This document shows positions 1-19,062 of a stretch of DNA of 64,000 nt, in pieces. The stretch is taken from NCBI RefSeq assembly GCF_009914755.1, contig NC_060928.1. The stretch is one strand, 5' to 3'. Origin of the DNA: the human T2T-CHM13v2.0 reference genome, Homo sapiens. A program made the translations under genes and the position numbers. The notes below the pieces were generated by a model that saw only the letters and a program-made list of their open reading frames with translations, ran no database searches and was not told the origin of the DNA. Within the stretch, counting starts at the first letter, position 1, and each line of letters opens with the position of its first letter.

Positions 1-284
1 ACCATAGCAGAAGATGCCATGCATTTTCCAGCCTCCGTATTATGTTCATTCTGTTTCTGAAATCTAGATGTCCCTTCTCCCCATTCTTCAACTATCAAAA
101 TACAACTCATCTTCTAAGACCCGAATTAAGTTTTACCTCATTATGAAACCATCTCAGAGGTTCTCCAGGTAGAATTAATTATTCCCTTTCTGGGTTCCCG
201 TGTACTATATATTGCTAATAAATACCTATTTTCTATGTATTTCTATAATGCTTGATTGTTTCAATGTATGTTTTTGCTACTGGC

Positions 285-407
285 CCAGAAGCTTCTTGTA
301 AGTGAGGATCAGAAATGTACTATTTATATTTGTTTTCTTCACAGTATTGAGCCCAGGATCTTGCACTGAATGGGAGATCAATAAATAATGGATGAATGAA
401 TGAATGG
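285..407 (+). mobile_element. L2 3' end fragment
   Basis: Ends in caataaataatggatgaatgaatgaatgg, the typical L2 3' terminus with (TGAA)n tail; heavily diverged. Confidence 0.5.
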
Positions 408-1615
408 CATAAAGTAGGCAATGAACCATCAGCAGCTTCTTAAATGGAGTGAAACACTTAGAAGTTTAAGAATTGGAAAACTTATCTCAGCCCCTTCAAA
501 GCCAAGAGAGCAAATAGATGAGCTTAGGTGACAATAGACATTTTAAGGGAAAAGCTTCTCCTGGTAAAGATAATGGCTCATCCTTATGACCGGGCCCCTC
601 AAATATTTTTTCCTCTTTTTTAAAGTTTAATTTTATTTTTAATTTATCAATAATAATTGTATCTATTTCTGGGGTAAAATGTGATGTTTTCATACATGAG
701 TACATTAAGGAATGATCAAATCAGGCTAAATAACATAGCCATCAACCTCAAATATTTATCATTTCTTTGTGGTGAGAATATTTAAAATCCATTCTTTTAA
801 CTATTTTGAAATACACAATACAGTATTGTTAACTATACTCACCATGCTGTGTAATAGATCACTAAAACCTATGCCTCCTGTCTAACTGAAACTTGGTACC
901 CTTTGACCAACATCTCTCATTTCCCTGTCCATGCCACCTGTCACCCCCACCCCCAGCCCCTGGTAACCACCATTCTAATCTCTACTTCTGTAAGTTCAAC
1001 TTTCTTGGATTCCACATATAAGTGAGATCATGCAGTATTTGTTTCTCTGTGCCTGGCTTATTTCACTCAGCATAACGTCCATCCGTGTTGTTGCTAATGG
1101 CAGAATTTCCTACATTTTAAAGGCTGGATAGTATCCCACATTGTATATAAACCACATTTTTAAAATCTATTCATCTGTTGATGGGTACCTTGGTTATTTC
1201 CATATCTTAGCTACTGTGAACAATGCTGCAATGAACACAGGAGTACAGACATCTCTTCAAAATACTGATTTCAATTCCTTTGGAAATATATTCAGAAGTG
1301 GAATTGCTAGGTCATATGATAGTTCTATTTTTAGTTTCTTGAAGAAGCTCCACACTGTTTTACAAAATAACAATACTGCTTTACAATACCACCAACAGTG
1401 TATAAAGGTTCCCTTTCTCCACTTCCTTGCCAACATTTGTTAGCTTTCATCCTTTTTATAATAGCCAATCTAACATGTATGAGGTGATATCTCATTGTGG
1501 TTTTAATTTGCATTTTTCCAGTGACTGGAGATATTGAGCATTTTTTCATATATTTGATGCCCATTTGTGTGTTTGTATGCCTCCTTTTGAGAAATGTCTA
1601 CTCAGGTCCTTTGCT

Positions 1616-1932
1616 CTTTTCTTTTTGTTTTTCTTTTTTTTCTTTTTTTTGATATGGGGTCTTGCTCTGTCACCCAGGCTGGAGTGCAGTGGTGTAATCA
1701 TAGCTCACTGTAGCCTCAAACTCCTAGGCTAAAGCCATCCTTCTGCCACAGCCTCCCAAGTAGCTGGGACTACAGGCATGTGCCACGACTTCTGGCTAAT
1801 TTTTGTGTTTTTTGGTAGTGACAGGGTCTCATTATGTTGACCAGCTGGTCTCGAACCCCTGGCCTCAAACAATCCTCCCACCTCAGCCTCCCAAAGTGCT
1901 GGGATTACAGACATGAACCACCTTGCCTGGCC
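1616..1932 (-). mobile_element. Alu (AluJ-like)
   Basis: Poly-T followed by antisense Alu dimer (ggggtcttgctctgtcacccaggctggagtgcagtgg ... ccaaagtgctgggattacag ... cctggcc) inside L1 ORF2 sequence. Confidence 0.93.
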
Positions 1933-3271
1933 TTTTGCCCATTTTTTTAATAGGGTTTTTTTTTCCTTGCTATTAATTAGTTTGAGTTCCTTATATATTT
2001 TGAATATTAACCCCTTATACAACATGCAATTTGTAAATATTTTCTTCAAATCTGTGGGTTGTCTCTTCACTATGTTAATTGCTTGCTTTGCTGTGCAGAG
2101 GCTTTTTAGTTTGATGCAATCCCATTTGTCTATTTTTTGCTTTGATTTTCTATGTTTTGGGGGTCATATCCAAGAAATCTCTGCCCATACCAATGTCATG
2201 GAGCTTTTCTCCTGTTTTCTTCTAGTACTTTTACAGTTTCAGGTCTTACATTTAAGTATTTGATCCATTTTGAGTTGATTCTTGTATAAGGGATGAAACA
2301 AGGGTCCATTTTTATTCTTTTGCACGTGAATATCCAATTTTCCCCATACCATTTATTGGAGAGACCGTCCTTTCCCCATTGTGCATTCTTAGCATCTTTG
2401 TCATAAATCAATTGACCATAGGTGTGAGGGTTGATTTCTGCGAACTCTATCCCATTCCATTTGTTGGTGTGTCTGCTTTTATACCAGTACCATGCTGTTT
2501 TGATTACTATGGCTTTCTAACATATTTTAAAATCCATTAGTGTGATGTCTCCAGGTTTGTTCTTTTTGCTCAAGGTTGCTTTGGATATTTGAGGTCTTTT
2601 ATGGTTCCATACAAATTTTAAGGTAGTTTTTTCTATTTCTATAAATAATGACATTGGAATTTTGGGAGGGAAGGTATTTAATCTGCAGATTACTTTGGAT
2701 AGTATGGATATTTTAACAATATTAATTTTTTAAGCCATGAAGATGGTGTCATTTATTTGTGTCATCTTCAATTTCTTTCATCAATGCTTTGTAGTTTTCA
2801 CTATAAAGATTTGTCACCTCCTGTTTAAATTTACTCAAGTATTTTATTTTACTTTTATGCTATTGTAAATGGGACTGCTATCTTAATTTCTTTTTTTTTA
2901 TTATACTTTAAGTTCTGGGGTACATGTGCACAACGTGCAGGTTTCTTACATATGTATACATGTGCCATGTTGGTGTGCTGCACCCATTAACTCATTATTT
3001 ACATTAGGTATATGTCCTAATGCTATCCCTCCTGCCTCCCCCCACCCCACGACACGCCCCAGTGTCTGGTGTTCCCCACCCTGTGTCCAAGTGTTCTCAT
3101 TGTTCAATTCCCACCTATGAGTGAGCACGTACAGTCTTTGGTTTTCTGTCCTTCTAATAGTTTGCTCAGAATGATGGTTTCCAGCTTCATCCATGTCCCT
3201 ACAAAGGACATGATCTCATCCTTTTTTATGGCTGCATAGTATTCCATGGTGTATATGTGCCACATTTTCTT

Positions 3272-8767
<5,496 letters not shown>

Positions 8768-9045
8768 TATGATGTTAGCTGGTTATTTTGCTCATTAGTT
8801 GATGCAGTTTCTTCCTAGCCTCGATGGTCTTTACAATTTGGCATGTTTTTGCAGTGGCTGGTACTGGTTGTTCCTTTCCATGTTTAGTGCTACCTTCAGG
8901 AACTCTTGTAAGGCAGACCTGGTGGTGACAAAATCTCTCAGCATTTGCTTGTCTGTAAAGGATTTTAGTTCTCCTTCACTTATGAAGCTTGCTTTGGCTG
9001 GATATGAAATTCTGGGTTGAAAGTTCTTTTCTTTACGAATGTTGA

Positions 9046-9583
9046 GGGGGGCATATCCAAGATGGCCAAATAGGAACAGCTCCAGTCTACAGCTCCCAGC
9101 ATGAGCAATGCAGAAGATGAATGATTTCTGCATTTCCAACTGAGGTACCACTTTCATCTCACTGGGGATTGTCAGACAGTGGGTGCAGGACAGTGGGTGC
9201 AGTGCACCAAGTGTGGGCAGAAGCAGAATGAGGCATCTTCTCACCCAGGAAGCACAAGGGGTTAGGGAATTACCTTTCCTAACCAAGGAAAGGGGTGACA
9301 GAGAGCATCTGGAAAATCAGGTCACTCCCACCCTAATACGGTGCTTTTCCAATGATCTTAGCAAATGTCACACCAGGAGGTTATGTCCTCCACCTGACTT
9401 GGAGGGTCCTACACCCATGGAGCCTCACTCATTGCTAGCACAGCAGTCTGAGATCAAAATGCAACGTGGCAGCAAGGCTGTGGGAGGGGCGCCTGCCATT
9501 GCTGAGGCTTAAGTAGGTAAAGAAAGAAGCTGGGAAGTTCAAACTGGATGGAACCCACCACAGCTCAAGGAGGCCTGCCTGCC
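9046..9583 (+). mobile_element. L1PA 5'UTR (first ~540 nt) in opposite orientation, embedded in ORF1 of the minus-strand L1PA
   Basis: Starts gggggcatatccaagatggccaaataggaacagctccagtctacagctcccagc (L1 +1, with the CAAGATGGC YY1-site core) and ends at aaggaggcctgcctgcc. Confidence 0.9.
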
Positions 9584-12500
9584 CATATTGAATAGGCAAT
9601 GCCTCACCCTGCTTCAGCTCATGGTCTGTGGGCTGCACCCACTGTCCTGTACCCACTGTCTGACAAGCCCCAGTGAGATGAACCCAGTACCTCAGTTGGA
9701 AATGCAGAAATCACCCATCTTCTGTGTTGCTCATGCTGGGAGCTGTAGCCTGGAGCTGTTCCTATTCAGCCATCTTGCAACCTCCCCAATTTCTTTTTTA
9801 GATAGTACGTCATTAGTACATAAAAATGCTACTGATTTTTATAAGTTGATTTTATATCCTGCAATTTTACTAAATTTATCTGTTCTAACAGTTTTTTTTT
9901 TGGTGAAGTTTATAGGGTCTTTCATTTATAAAATTAGGTCATCAGCAAAGAGAGATCATTTCACATTTTCCTTTCCTATTTGGATGCAGTTTATTTCTTT
10001 TTCTTACCTAATTCTCCTATCTAAGACTTTCACTCATATATTTAACAGAAGTAGTGACAGTGGGCATCAATATCTTGTTCCTTCCTGATATTAGAGGAAA
10101 ACTCTTCAATTTTTCACCATTAAATATGATGGCAGCTGTGAGCTTGTTGTATATGGCTTTACTGTTTTAAGGAACATTCCTTCTATACCAAATTTGTTGA
10201 AAATTTTTATCATGAAAGGATGTTGAATTTTGTCAAATGCTTTTTCTGTGTCTATTGAGATGATCATACAGTTTTTGTCTTTCATTCTGTTAATAAGGTG
10301 AATCACATTTATTGATTTACATGTGTTGAACCATCCTTGCAACCCAAGGATAAATCCAACTTGATCATAGTGAATGATCCTTCTAAGGTACAATAGCATA
10401 TGGCTTGCTAGTATTTTGTTGAAGATTTTTGGATCTATGTTCATCAGTAATATTGGCCTGTAGTTTTCTTTTCTGGTAGTGTCTTTTTCTGGCTTTTATA
10501 TCAAGGTAATACTAGCCTCATAAAATCAGTTTGGATGTATCCCTTCCTCCTCAATTTTTTGAAACAGTTTGAGAACTATTGGTATTAGTTCTTCTTTAAA
10601 TGCTTGGTAGAGTTTAGCCATGAAACCATCTAGTCCTGGCCTTTTTCTTGATGGGAGACATATGATTCCTAATTCAATCTCCTTGATTGTTATCCATCTG
10701 TTCAGATTTCTGATTTCTTTGTGATTCAATCTTGGTAGGTTATATGTTTCAAGGAATTCATCCATTCATTCTGGATTGTCAAATTTATTTGTGTTAATAG
10801 TAGTCTCTTACGATCCTTTGTATTTCTGTGGTATCAGTTGTAATGTCTCCTCTTTTATTTCTGATTTTGTTTATTTGAGTCTTTTCTCATTTTAAATTTA
10901 GCCTAGCTAAGAGTTTGTCTATTTTGTTTAGCTTTTCAAAATACCAGTCTTATCAAAAACCAATCTTTTTGAAAAACCAACTCAGTTTCATTGATCTTTT
11001 GTATTATTTTTCTAGTCTCTATTTCATTTGTTTCTGCTCACTTTGTTATTCCCTTTCTTCTGCTAACTTTGGGCTTAGTTTGTTCTTCTTTTATGAGTTC
11101 CTTAAGGTATAACGTTAGGGTGTTTATTCAAGATCTTTCTTTTTTCTTGATGGAAGTATTTAGTGCTGAGTTTTCCTCTCAGAACTGCTTTTGCCTGTAT
11201 CCCATAGGTTTTGGTATATTGTTTCCATTTTTATTTAGCTCAGTATATTTTTTTAATTTCCCTTTTCATTTCTTCTTTGACCCAATAGTTGTTCAGAAGT
11301 ATAATGTTTAATTTCCACATTTTTTTAATTTTTCTGATTCCTCCTATTATTGATTTCTAGTTTCATATTATTATGGTTAGAAGAAGTATTTAATATGATT
11401 TCAACATTCTTAAATTTGTTAAGACTTTTTTGTGGCCTAACATACGGTCTATCCTGGAGAATGTTCCAGATGCACTTGAGAAGAATGTGTATTCTATTGC
11501 TGTTGGATAAAATATTCCATATATGTCTGTTAAGTCCATTTAGTCTAAAATGTAGTTCAAGTCCAGTATTTCATCATTTCTGTCTTGATAATCTGTCTAT
11601 AATTGAAAGTGGGGTATTAAATTCCCTATTATTGTGTTGAAGTCTGTCTACTTTCAGATCTCTTAATGTTTGCTTTATATATTTAGGTGCTTAGATATGA
11701 ATTGGCTCCTTTATCAAAATATAATGACTTTCTTTGTCTCTTTTTGCTGTTTTTGACCAAAAGTGTATCCTGTCTGAAAGAAGTATAGCTATCACTGCTC
11801 TTTTTTGGTTTCCATTAGCATGGAATGTCTTTTTCCAACCCTTCACTTTCAAACTGTGAGTGTCCTCAAAAGTAAGATGAGTTTCTTGTAGGCGGCATTT
11901 AGTTGAGTCTTGTTTTTAGTTTTTTTTTTTTAATCCATTCAGGTGCTTTATGCCCTTTGATTAGATAATCGAATCATTTATGTTCAAAGTGTATTACATT
12001 ATATTTAAAGTAATTGTTGACAGGTTAGGATTTGCTAGTGCCATCTTGTTAATTTTTTTTCCTGGTTATTTTGTAGATACTTTGTTCTGTTCTTCCTCTC
12101 TTGCATTCTTCCTTTGTGGTTTCATGGTTTTCCGTAATGGTATGCTTTGGATCTTATCTTTTTAGTGTTTGTGTGTCTATTATAGGTGTTTGCTCTGTGG
12201 TTACCCTGGGGTTTTCATAAAACATCTTATACTTAAAAGAGGCTATTTTAAGTTGATAACAACTTATTTTTGATTGCATAAACAAACTCTATACTTTTAC
12301 TCCCTCTCATCTTATACTTTATGTTTTTGATATCACACTTTACATCTTTTTATAATTTGTAGTTTTAGTTGCTTTTAGTAGTTTTACCTTTTAACCTTTA
12401 TGCTAAAGATGTAATTGATTTACTCACTGCCATTATAGTATTGCAGTGTTTTGGATTTAACAACATTCTTACTTTTACCAGTGAGTTTTATACTTCCATA

Positions 12501-13899
12501 TGTTCATATGTTATTAATTAGTGTCCTTTTTCTTCAGCCTGAAGGACTCCCTTTGGTATTTCTTGTAAGGCAGCTCTAATGATGATAAACTCTTTCAGCT
12601 TTTGTCTCAGGTCTTTATCACTTCTTTTTTTGAAAGATGGGATTGCTGGGTATAGTATTCTTGGTTGACTATTTTCTTTTCTTTTCGAACTTTGAATATG
12701 TCATTCCATTCTTTTCTAGCCTGCAACATTACTGTTGAGAAATCTGCTGATATTCTTATGAAAGTTCTCTTTTATGTGACAGTTTGCTTTTCCCTTGTAG
12801 CTTTCAATATTCTTCCTGTCTTTAACTTTTGATATTTGTTATGATGTGTCTTGGTATGGGTCTTTTCGGATTCATCTTATTGTGTGTCCTTTGGGTTTTC
12901 TGGATTTGACTTTCTATTTCTTTATCTAAGCCTGTGAAGTTTTCTGTTATTATTTCTTTAAACATGTTTTCTGATCTTTGCTCTCTCTTCCCCTTCTGGA
13001 ACACCAACAATGTGCCAGTTGTTCTGCTTTATGATGTCTTATAAGTATTTTAAGTTATCTTCACTTTTTGCATTCTTTGTTTCTTTTTGCTCCTCAGATT
13101 TGATGATCTCCAGTGACCTGTCTTCAAGTTCTCTGATCCTTTCTTCTGCTTGATCTAGTCTGCTGCTGAACTCTTCTATTGAATTTGCTTAGTTTAGTTA
13201 CAGCATTATTCAGCTCTGTGATTCCTGTTTGGTACTCTTTTATACTTTTATCTCTTTGTTGAAGTTCTCAGTTTGTTCTCACATTGTTCTTTTGACCTCA
13301 GTATGCATGTTTATGACCACTATTTTGAATTCCCTGTCAGGTAAATCACATATCTCTAATTCACTCAGGTTGGTTTCTATAGATTTATATCTTGTCCTTT
13401 TATTTGGAATATATTTTCCTGCTTCTTCATTTTACTTGTCTCTGTGTTGGTTCTGTTCATTAAAGAAAACAATTGCCTCTTCCAGAATGGTCTTGTGAAG
13501 GAGAAGGATTTTACAAATTAAGTTAGAGATTTTAAGGTGCCTTTCAAATCTTTGCCCATACTACTGTCTCTGTTTTTGGTAGGCCCCTAGAGATTAGGAT
13601 GTGCCATGTCCTGCAAGTACCCTATAATCATTAAAGTAGAAGCCAGATCCTCTAGATGTAATTGGGAAAGTTGAGGTTTGAATGCATGCTCCAGTTTCTT
13701 CTCAGTGTTGAAGCTGAGTATAGGTGTTTTTCTCCCACTTGCTCTGCAGTAAGTTTGAGAGTCTCTGTGGCAAATGCCTGTGCTTGCTTTCAGTCTGCAC
13801 CCTCTGATACTGGAGAAATAGCTACTAGAAATCAGCCCATTATATGTCTTTGTTTTCTGTGGCCTAGAAAGTTTCAGGAATGCAAAGTCTCATTGATTC

Positions 13900-15260
13900 C
13901 CAGAGCTAGATAATAAAGGATACAATCCCTTGGGTAAGAGATATAGAAGTTGTGACATTTAGTGCATGGACAAACTCCTTCCAGGAAGAATGGGTAATCC
14001 TGGATTTATCACTGAATTGAGCCAGAGGAAAGGCTAAGGATGTGTTAAGTTTCTACTCAGACTGCCTGAACACTACTGTTTTTCTGCCCAATTAGCTCCC
14101 TAACACATGTTAGTTAGAGGCCAGATCATCAAGTAGCCACTAGAAGAATATGCAGCAAAGTCTTTCTGGAAAGAAAATAGGAGATGAACATTCCAGCCCC
14201 TTTTCTTCACTGTTCCCATGAAATGTAGCCCCAGAAATGTCTGTGAACCTGTTATAACTACCTCTTTCTTCTGTAATCTAAGAAGACTCACATATGCTTA
14301 GTCCTTTCTGCTCCAAGAGTTAGGAGGTTTGGGATGCAATCCCAAACTGGATGGGTGAACGCTGTAAAAGTTGGGATACTTAATGTATAGACAAACTCCT
14401 TCCAGGAGAAATTAGTAGACCTGGAGTTATTGCTGAAGTGAGTCACAGGAAAAAGCTCAAGAAGTGCTGAGCTGCTGCCCAGGCTGCCAGAGTGTTACTT
14501 CTTGACTGCCCCTTTTAAGTCCCAGTGCAAGTTAGTTAGAAACCGACTGTCTGTAGCCATTAAAAGAGTGTGCCATAAACTACTTCTGGGGAAACACAGA
14601 AAGCTTCATTTTTTAAGCACCTTCTTCACACCATTCCCAAAAGGTATAGCCCCTGAAAGTATTTGCATGCCCATTTAAAACCACCTCTTCGTTTAGTAAT
14701 CTAGGAAGAGTTACACATGTCCATTCCCCTTTGCTGTCGAAGCTAGAAGATTTAAGATGCAGTCTTTTGGGTGGAAGCTGTAAAAGTTGGGGTGCTTAAT
14801 ATGTGAACAAACTCATTCCAGGAGGGCTTAATATACCTGGAGTTATCACTGAGATGAGTAACGGAGGAGGTTTGGCAAGTACTGATCTGCTTCTCAAGCT
14901 GCTAGATTATAACCAACAGTTGTCTACCCCTTTAACTCCCTGGTGCAAGTTAGTTAGAATCCCAGCCGTCAAGTAGCCACTGGAAGACTGTGTCATAAAC
15001 CCTTCATGGGAGAAACAGTAAGCTGTATTTTCAAGCCCTTTCTCTACTCCAGGGGCCTAAAGCCCATGGAAGTGCTTGTGCACCTATATAAAACTGCTGC
15101 TTTTTTCCTGTGGTCTAGAGAGACTTGTGGATGCCTCATCCCCTCTGCTCCCAGAACTGGTGAATTAAGAGCCGAACCATGGGGCACCTTAGAGCTAGAA
15201 TGTTATACGTGAGGTCCAAACCCTTTTCTCCACAGGGAGAAGCTGGATATTGGGAATTCA
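13900..15260. repeat. Diverged ~420-bp tandem monomers (about 3.3 copies) in the 5'UTR of the old L1
   Basis: Anchor caaactc(c/a)ttccagga at 13971, 14392, 14808 (degenerate at 15217); anchor gttagttaga at 14109, 14531, 14949. Confidence 0.85.
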
Positions 15261-15431
15261 TTTTTCAATTTTTTAGCAAGGTACCTGGGACAGAGTCCAT
15301 GCCCAAATGTGCCTCAGCTTTTCCTATTCATTCTATATGGATGTTTTCTCAATTGCCTGGTGGGTAGAAGTCTCTCACCTGGCCTCTGACTTTCTCTCAG
15401 TGGGAATTAATTCAGGAATAGATGCTCATTC

Positions 15432-16804
15432 TGAGAGGTGACAGCATGCTGGCAGCCCTCGCAGCCCTTGCTCATTCTTGGTGCCTCCTCAGCCTCAGCG
15501 CCCACTCTGGCTGCACTTGAGGAGCCCTTCAGCCCATGCTGCACTGTGGGAGCCCCTTCCTGGGATGGCAGAGACCAGAGCCAGCTCCCTCAGCTTGCAG
15601 GGAGGTGTGGAGGGAGAGGCATGGGCAGGAACCAGGGCTGTGCCCTGCACTTGCTGCCCAGCGCAAGTTCCGGGTGAGCGTGGGCTCCGCAGGCCCTGTG
15701 CTCAGAGGGCAGTGAGGGGCTTAGCCCCCGGGGCCAGCAGCTGCAGAGGGTGTGCCGGGTCCCTCAGCAGTGCTGGCCCACCGGCACTGTGCTCAATTTC
15801 TCATGGGGCCTTAGCAGCCACCCTCCCCCTCACTCCTGCTGCCCTCCTGCCCCTGCCATGGGCTCCTGCACCACTGGAGCCTCCCCAATGAGCACCGCCC
15901 CCTGCTCCACGGCACCCGGTCCCATCCACCACCCAAGGGCTGAGGAGTACCGGGGCAAGGCACAGGACTGGCAGGCAGCTCCACCTGCGGCCCAGTGTGG
16001 GATCCACTGGATGAAGCCAGCTGGGCTCCTGAGTCTAGTGGGGACTTGGAGAAACTTTATGTCTAGCTAAGGGATGGTAAACACCAATCAGCACCCTGTG
16101 TCTAGCTCAGGGTTTGTGGATGCACCAATCGGTACTCTGTATCTAACTAATCTGGTGGGGACTTGGAGAACCTTTATGTCTAGCTAAGGGATTGTGAATA
16201 CACCAATCGGCACTCTGTATCTAGCTCAAGGTTTGTAAATGCACCAATCAGCACTCTGTGTCTAGCTCAGGGTTTGTAAATACACCAATCAGCACTCTGT
16301 ATCTAGCTAATGTAGTGGGGAGTGGAGAACTTTTGTGTCTAGCTCAGGGATTGTAAACACACCAATCAGCACCCTGTCAAAACGGACCAATCAGCTCTCT
16401 GTAAAACAGACCAATCAGCTCTCTGTAAAATGGACCAATCAGCAGGATGTGGGTGGGGCCAGATAAGAGAATAAAAGCAGCAGGCTGCCCAAGCCTGCAG
16501 TGGCAACCCGCTGGGGTCTCCTTCCACACTGTGGAAGCTTTGTTCTTTTGCTCTTTGCAATAAATCTTGCTGCTGCTCACTCTTTGGGCCCACACTGCCT
16601 TCATGAGCTGTAACACTCACTGTGAAGGTCTGCAGCTTCACTCCTGAAGCCAGTGGACCATGAACCCACCAGAAGGAAGAAACTCTGAACACATCCAAAC
16701 ATCAGAAGGAACAAACTCCGGACATGCCGTCTTTACTCACTGTGAGGGTCTGCGGCTTCATTCTTGAAGTCAGTGAGACCAAGAACCCACCAATTCCGGA
16801 CACA
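15432..16804 (+). mobile_element. Solo LTR12 (LTR12C-like, ERV9 LTR)
   Basis: Starts tgagaggtgacagc and ends aagaacccaccaattccggacaca; 4-bp TSD attc (15428-15431 / 16805-16808); GC-rich U3 with CCAAT repeats. Confidence 0.95.
16080..16480 (+). promoter_or_regulatory. LTR12 enhancer/promoter: tandem ~40-bp CCAAT (NF-Y) repeats followed by GATA and TATA-like elements
   Basis: Repeated accaatcagcac(c/t)ctgt(g/a)tctagct units, then ggtggggccagataagagaataaaagc (~16451-16479). Activity at this copy is not shown by the sequence. Confidence 0.75.
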
Positions 16805-18767
16805 ATTCAATGGAGGAAGTCAAGAGCTTCCTCTTCTAACATGTGACTGGCATCACTTTGAGCCCCTTAAATATTTACAGAAGTGAGGCTGCTATTCCCT
16901 CTGGTGAGTCCTGGCAAGCTGAGGAGCTTGGAGCTCAGCTTCAATTAAGCCTTCCCTCCCTAGAGCCAAACACAGCTAAAGCCATGAAGGAAGAGAAGCT
17001 TGTTTTCAATGATACACCATACCTTCCTGGTAAGAACCCTGGTGAGCCAAAAAAGGAAGTTTAGGGAAAGGTTGGAGAAATAGAATGCCTTTATCTTCCT
17101 TATTGTATCAACATATTGTAATGCTTTTAATAGCATTAATTTTAGCAATTTTTAAATTGGCATGACACAAGAGAAGATTTCCAAGAGCACAATGCCAAGT
17201 ATAATCGTGACCTTGTTACAATTGGGATGGCAAGGTATTCTAAACTGTATAGTGCCACAGATTAGAAGCTTAGCCTCTCTGTCCAGTTAACCTAAGCTGA
17301 ATGTAAAAGGGAAAGTGTAATTCCTGTTCTACATTGTAGAATTTTGAGTATAAATAATTAAATTCACAATAAATAAACACCCATAAAACAGCACAGGACT
17401 CCCTGATTATGTAGGGAGTGGCCACTTCTGCTTCCTCAAAATAGGCCTGGAAAACCAATCCTCTGGGGCAGCAGAAAGGAAGACCCTTAACATAACTAAT
17501 GATCAAAGTATCTGGCTGCCTGTGTGGGGAAGCTCTCCAGGCTGTGTTTACCAGTGCCCTGCCTTTCTTCCTCCTAAACACAGAAGAAAAACAAGGTGGA
17601 ATCTTGAAGTGCATTTTAGAAAACCCCATGTAAATTTCAGGATTAAAATCAGGGACAATCAGGGCTATAGAAGCAATGGTTACAAAGTTAAGATGGATGC
17701 TGATATATAAGCACAGGAAATGTCAGAGACGAGATGCACAATGTGAGGAAAAGAAAAACAGGTATTTTAAATGTTAGTATTTTTTACTGAGTTTTCCCCA
17801 AACCTTTCAGAATTATAGTTACATATTTAGATGAGTGTTCCCCTTCTCATTAAGGAAGACAAGTCATTTATAAACATAACCATAGGAGACAACATGGGGA
17901 GAAGATAAGTTCTCTAAGATTTATATGCAATGCGTGTTTGATGCATCTAAGAGGGAGAGACTTTCCTGGCTGGGGGAGTGGGGACGACTTCATCGAGGGG
18001 AAGACATATGGACTGTGTCTTCAGGGGTTTTGACAAGCAGAGATGAGGATGAAGGGCATTCAAAGAGGAAGAGAGCAATATTAACAAAGGCGTAGAGGCA
18101 GTTCAGTTTGATTAATGGGTAAGATTCACGAATTATGAGAGTAATACAAAACTGGAATGAAAGAGTGAGCTGGGAACAAATTACGAAAGGCCTTGAATAC
18201 AGTAACCAAGAAGCTCAGACTGTATTCAGTAAGCAATGTGGCATCATTGAAGGTTTACAGGTGGCAATGTGATCCACGCTCTGATTTTTTTGATTGGTTG
18301 ATTATTTTCCAGGTGAAAGGCCAAGAAATAGATTAGCCCAGAGAGGAGAGTAAGGAAGAAAGACCATTTGGGAAACTTTTGCCATAATCTGCTGAAAGGA
18401 GATAATGATTTAAACTAGTGAAATAGAGACTTCTAATGATGCTGCTACTGACATTGATGGTCCAGAATAAGCAAAAAAACCTTTAAAGGTGATTGAATGA
18501 AGCAGAACTGCCAGTATTAGCATCTCAAGCAGGTATGATAGTAAGACACAAAATGTTTTTGTAGTTCAGGGACCTAAAAGGCAAAGTATGCAATGCTTGG
18601 TTTTCTGAAAGACTGACAAAGCTATTAATGAAATAGCCAAGTGCCTACTCACAATCAGAAAAAGTTACTCTGGAAGCCACAGGGCTGGGGCAGCATCTTC
18701 AAATATAAACAAATATAAACATCAAATGTACTTAGAAACAGATGATTAAATAAAGAACTGTTGTAGA

Positions 18768-19062
18768 GGCCAGGAGCAGCGGCTCATGCCTGTAATCCCA
18801 GCACTTTGGGAGTCCAAGGCAGACAGATCACTTGAGGTCAGGAGTTTGAGACCAGCCTGGACAACAATGAAACCCTGTCTCTACCAAAAATACAAAAATT
18901 AGCCAGGCGTGATGGTGGGTGCCTGTAATCCCAGCTACTTGGGAGGCTGAAGCAAGAGAATTGCTTGGACCCAGAGGCAGAGGTTGCCATGAGCCAGGAT
19001 CACTCCACTACACTCCAGCTGGGGTGACAGAGGGAGACTCTGTCTAAAAAAAAAAAAAAAAA
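18768..19062 (+). mobile_element. Alu (AluS-like)
   Basis: Full dimer with A-tail ending at 19062. Confidence 0.93.

Noticed and set aside
9584-9600. Spliced L1 (SpIRE) explanation for the 5'UTR-ORF1 deletion
   Set aside because: The junction GCATTGCC|TATTCAA is not at a GT donor or AG acceptor in the L1 consensus.
15438-16070. GC-rich region with several ORFs as a CpG island or gene start
   Set aside because: It is the U3 of LTR12, most CpGs are decayed to TG/CA, and the ORFs are repeat-derived.
16080-16445. Regularly spaced repeats resembling a CRISPR array
   Set aside because: These are the known tandem CCAAT units of LTR12 with no unique spacers, in eukaryotic DNA without cas genes.
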